DNA of 62,955 nt, the filler included, from Octopus bimaculoides (lineage: Eukaryota): assembly GCF_001194135.2 (NCBI RefSeq). It is 8 parts of 7 records of this genome, joined end to end, with 100 filler letters (N's around TTAATTAATTAA, not from the genome) between each part and the next. Parts side by side here need not be neighbours in the genome. Positions count along the whole stretch, not along the records: positions 61,419 to 62,955 come from NW_026384176.1; 7 more parts are not named here. The stretch is one strand, 5' to 3'. Position numbers and translations under genes: made by a program. Shown here piece by piece: positions 61,419 through 62,955 of this stretch (positions are counted from its first letter, which is position 1; each line of letters begins with the position of its first letter). Under the pieces are notes generated by a model. It ran no database searches, was not told where the DNA came from, and saw nothing but the letters and a program-made list of their open reading frames with translations.

Positions 61419-62683
61419 TGATCATGGCTTGATATGTCACAAGCTGCGAAACCTTGGCATAGCTGAGAATGGCTGCATAATTTCTGAATGGTAGAAGTCA
61501 GACAGTTGCAGCCAATGGAGAACTATCTAGGAAAACGCAAATATTGAGTGGTGTTCCACAAGGAACTGTCCTGGAGCCACTACTGTTCATAGTGGCCCTT
61601 CTGGATATGCCCACGGTCACTCGGAGAGCCACTGTCACTAGCTACGCTGATGACACAAAACTATCTCAGGCAATAAAGAATCCTGATGATATAAGCCTGC
61701 AGAATGACCTAAATGCAATATACAAGTGGGCAGAGCAAAATAATATGCAGCTCAATGCAAAAAAATTTCAAGTGCTATGCTACAAGGCCACAAGTGCCTC
61801 CCAACTGGCATACACAGGACCTGCAGGTACTGCAATCCCAGAACCACAAACAGTGAGTGACCTGGGCATCAACATGTGTAGTGATGCATCATTTCACATG
61901 CACATTGTCAAGTTGACAGTAAAGTGCAGACAACTGGCAGGGTGGATACTGAGGACATTCTGAACAAGGGATCAAAAAGTCATGTTGACTCTATGGAAGA
62001 CATTTGTTCTGAGCCGCCTAAACTATTGCTCTCAGTTGTGGTCACCACATAGTGTCAAGCGGACAGCAGAACTCAAGGCAATTCAGCATCACTATGCAAA
62101 AAAGATCACCACAGTCCAACAGATGAACTACAGGGAGCGACTGAAGGCACTAGGTCTCTACTCCCTGGAGTGCAGGCGGGAGAGATATGTAATGATATTC
62201 ATATGGAAAATACTGGAAGGACTGGTACCAAACTTTGGCATCAAGTACTACATGAATGCCCGCACAGGTCGCCACTGCATGGTACCAAGAGTACCGTCCA
62301 CTGCATCTCACATAAGAACAAGGTACTGCAACAGCCTCGGTTTCAGAGGACCTCAGCTCTTTAATGCCCTGCCAAAACATTTGAGAGACCTGCAAGACAT
62401 GGATATAGAGGTCTTTAAAACATAACTCAGCGCTTTCCTCTCCACGATACCAGACGAACCAATGGCTCGAAATGAGACAGTTTAGGGCAGCAATGTCAAA
62501 TTCTCTTATACACCAGATGTGCCTTCAAAACTCTTGATTGGACTATATCAGGTGGAGGAGAAGAGCCATGCAAGGAACGTGAAGAGAGCACAGCATAAAG
62601 ACGGAAAGTCACGGTGGTGCTCCAGCATGACCACAGCCACTTGACTGAAACCCATAAATAATTAAATAAATAAATAAATAAAT
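61419..62683 (+). mobile_element. CR1-clade LINE, 3' part (RT domain, C-terminus, 3'UTR and tail)
   Basis: SGVPQGTVL.PLLF..YADDTKL..LQNDL..IYKWA..N.MQLN..KF (61544-61963) and LEYC-like SRLNYCSQLWSP..QHHYAKKI..NYRERLK.LGLYSLECRRERY (61982-62425). Tail GGTGGTGCTCCAGCATGACCACAGCCACTTGACTGAAACCC(ATAA)n. Confidence 0.93.
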
Positions 62684-62719
62684 ACATATATATATGTATA
62701 TATATATATATATATATGT

Positions 62720-62832
62720 ATATCAGATTGGAGCCTGGTGTAGCCATCTGGTTTCACCAGTCCTCAGTCAAATCGTCCAACCCATGCTAGCATGGAAAGC
62801 GGATGTTAAACGACGATGATGATGATGATGAT
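62720..62832 (+). mobile_element. Family C 3' fragment
   Basis: ATCAGATTGGAGCCTGGTGTAGCCATC..CCATGCTAGCATGGAAAGCGGATGTTAAACGAC(GAT)n. Confidence 0.88.
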
Positions 62833-62839
62833 ATATATA

Positions 62840-62952
62840 TAAATTTAAGAGAGAGATTTGATGCTAATATCCATTATTATTGTAATTTATTCCTATGCCA
62901 TTATTATTACAATAATAATGGATATTAGCGTCAAATCTCTATCTTAAATTTA
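62840..62952. repeat. Near-perfect palindrome / small foldback element
   Basis: About 47-bp arms TAAATTTAAGA.AGAGATTTGA.GCTAATATCCATTATTATTGTAAT with 2 mismatches, around a ~19-nt loop. Confidence 0.9.
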
Positions 62953-62955
62953 AAT

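Overview
AT-rich, microsatellite-dense animal genomic DNA with no confidently identifiable host protein-coding gene. The SINE, LINE and microsatellite landscape points to a coleoid cephalopod (Octopus-like); this is inference, not proof. The window is not one locus: seven identical 100-bp spacers (44 N + TTAATTAATTAA + 44 N) join eight independent sequences. Recognisable content is mostly decayed transposons: three Penelope-like (PLE) RT/GIY-YIG remnants, RTE, CR1, L1/Tx1 and R4/Dong-type (restriction-like endonuclease) LINE fragments, a near-complete Tigger/pogo element with both TIRs, two mariner remnants, several MITEs and foldbacks, and at least four SINE families (my labels A-D). There is also one degenerate tRNA-Pro(UGG). 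The most interesting signals are (i) type I hammerhead ribozyme (HHR) motifs with palindromic stem III, one just downstream of a PLE ORF and one inside a tRNA-headed, SINE-like unit reminiscent of schistosome SM-alpha; (ii) a 3' tail shared by the CR1 LINE, SINE family A and the tRNA-Pro copy; and (iii) an in-frame RTE/PLE junction. Most supplied ORFs are artefacts of microsatellites or N-runs. All motif calls were made by eye, and boundaries of decayed elements are approximate.
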